A stretch of DNA of 248,000 bases, taken from positions 60,036,001 through 60,284,000 of the forward strand of contig OX597826.1 of assembly GCA_951406725.2 (NCBI GenBank), in the 5' to 3' direction. This stretch comes from Octopus vulgaris (Eukaryota). Positions 246,860 to 248,000 of this stretch are shown one piece after another. The notes under the pieces are model-generated. The model saw only the letters and a program-made list of their open reading frames with translations, was not told where the DNA came from and made no database searches. Position 1 is the first letter of the stretch. Each line of letters begins with the position of its first letter. The position numbers were made by a program, and so were the translations under genes.

Positions 246860-247780
246860 GCTTAACAGCAATGTATAAAGTACTAACATCTGTCTTGACT
246901 GAATATACTTATAGTTTTTTAATGGAAAGTGGCATGTTCGTTAATGAGCAAGAAGGATGTAAACGTGGGTCCTGTGGTTGTAAAGATCAGCTACTCATCA
247001 ATTAGATGATCTTAGGAGATAGTAACAAACGACACAAGTTGTCGATAGACTGGATAGACTATATAAAATACTCTTGATAGTCTACTATGTAGCTGGATTA
247101 AGAAATGTATAAAATCGTACCTACTGTAAATATGAGACCTACACTGACTTACAAATATGAGAACTACACTGACTTTCAACAGTGACAATGAATCTCTCAA
247201 TGTTGGAGATGTAAGAAATGCAAGTGGCATTTTCCAGGGAGACTTTCTATCATTATTCGTCTTTTGTCTAGCCTTAATACCCCTCTCGAAATTGCTCGAT
247301 GATGTACAATATGGCTATAAAATATTATATCTGATAACATCTCTTTTACACGGTTGAATTAAAGTACTTTGCAAAAATGATCAACAACTACTGGGTTTAC
247401 TAGCATTTATTAAGTAATACAGTGATTACACCAGGATGCAATTTGGCTTCGATAAACGTACAAAAGTTACCTTTATGAAAGTAAAAATGATAGCAACATC
247501 CAACGTTAATATTGACCAACAGAACGTCATAAAGGAACAAGAAACAGGGGAGAGCTACAAATACCTAGGGGTATTTGAAGGTGATGAAATCAAACATGCA
247601 ACGATGGAGGAAATGATCAGAAAAGCATGTTTTCCTAGGGTAAGAGCAATACTTAAGACAGCGTTAAATATAAGAAACAGGATCGAAGCGATAAATATTT
247701 TAACCATACCAGTCGTGCCTTACAGTTTCAATATCATTAAGTGGTGTATTACTGAAATATGTAATCTTATTTATTTGTTG
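246860..247780 (+). mobile_element. R4/Dong-type (REL endonuclease) non-LTR element, RT fragment
   Basis: NEQEGCKRGS.GCKDQLLIN, GIFQGDFLSLFVFCLALIPLSKLL, MQFGFDK...YKYLGV...RVRAILKT.LN..NRIEAINILTIPVVPYSFNII.W. Confidence 0.88.
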
Positions 247781-248000
247781 CCCACAAGGGGCTAAACATT
247801 GAGGGGACAAACAAGGACAGACAAAGGGATTAAGTTGATTACATCGACTCCAGTGCGTAACTGGTACTTAATTTATCGACACCGAAAGGGTGAAAGGCAA
247901 AGTCGCCCTCAGCGGATTTTGAACTCAGAAAGTAACGGCAGACGAAATACCGCTAAGCATTTCGCCCGGCGTGCTAACGTTTCTGCCAACTCGCCGCCTT

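Overview
Low-GC, extremely repeat-rich animal genomic DNA. The microsatellite load and SINE families point to an octopus (coleoid cephalopod); this is an inference, not checked against a database. Only one intact protein-coding ORF is well supported: a single-exon class A (rhodopsin-like) GPCR on the minus strand at 228432-229628. Nearly all other ORFs in the track are translations of microsatellites or repeats. The rest of the window contains: (i) dozens of tRNA-derived SINEs in about four head/core types with swapped 3' tails; (ii) decayed LINE fragments (RTE, CR1-like, R4/Dong-type REL elements, L1/Tx1-like); (iii) Tc1, mariner and pogo/Tigger remnants; (iv) Helentron-like non-autonomous elements; (v) many Penelope-like (PLE) terminal fragments. 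The most notable signal is a set of hammerhead-ribozyme motifs in the PLE-type fragments. These include intact minimal type-I hammerheads, a recurrent CUGUNGA core variant, a pair of inverted hammerheads with a long insert in stem II, and a 478-bp hammerhead-bearing tandem unit. Long fold-back palindromes are also common. Repeat boundaries are read by eye and are approximate (tens of bp).
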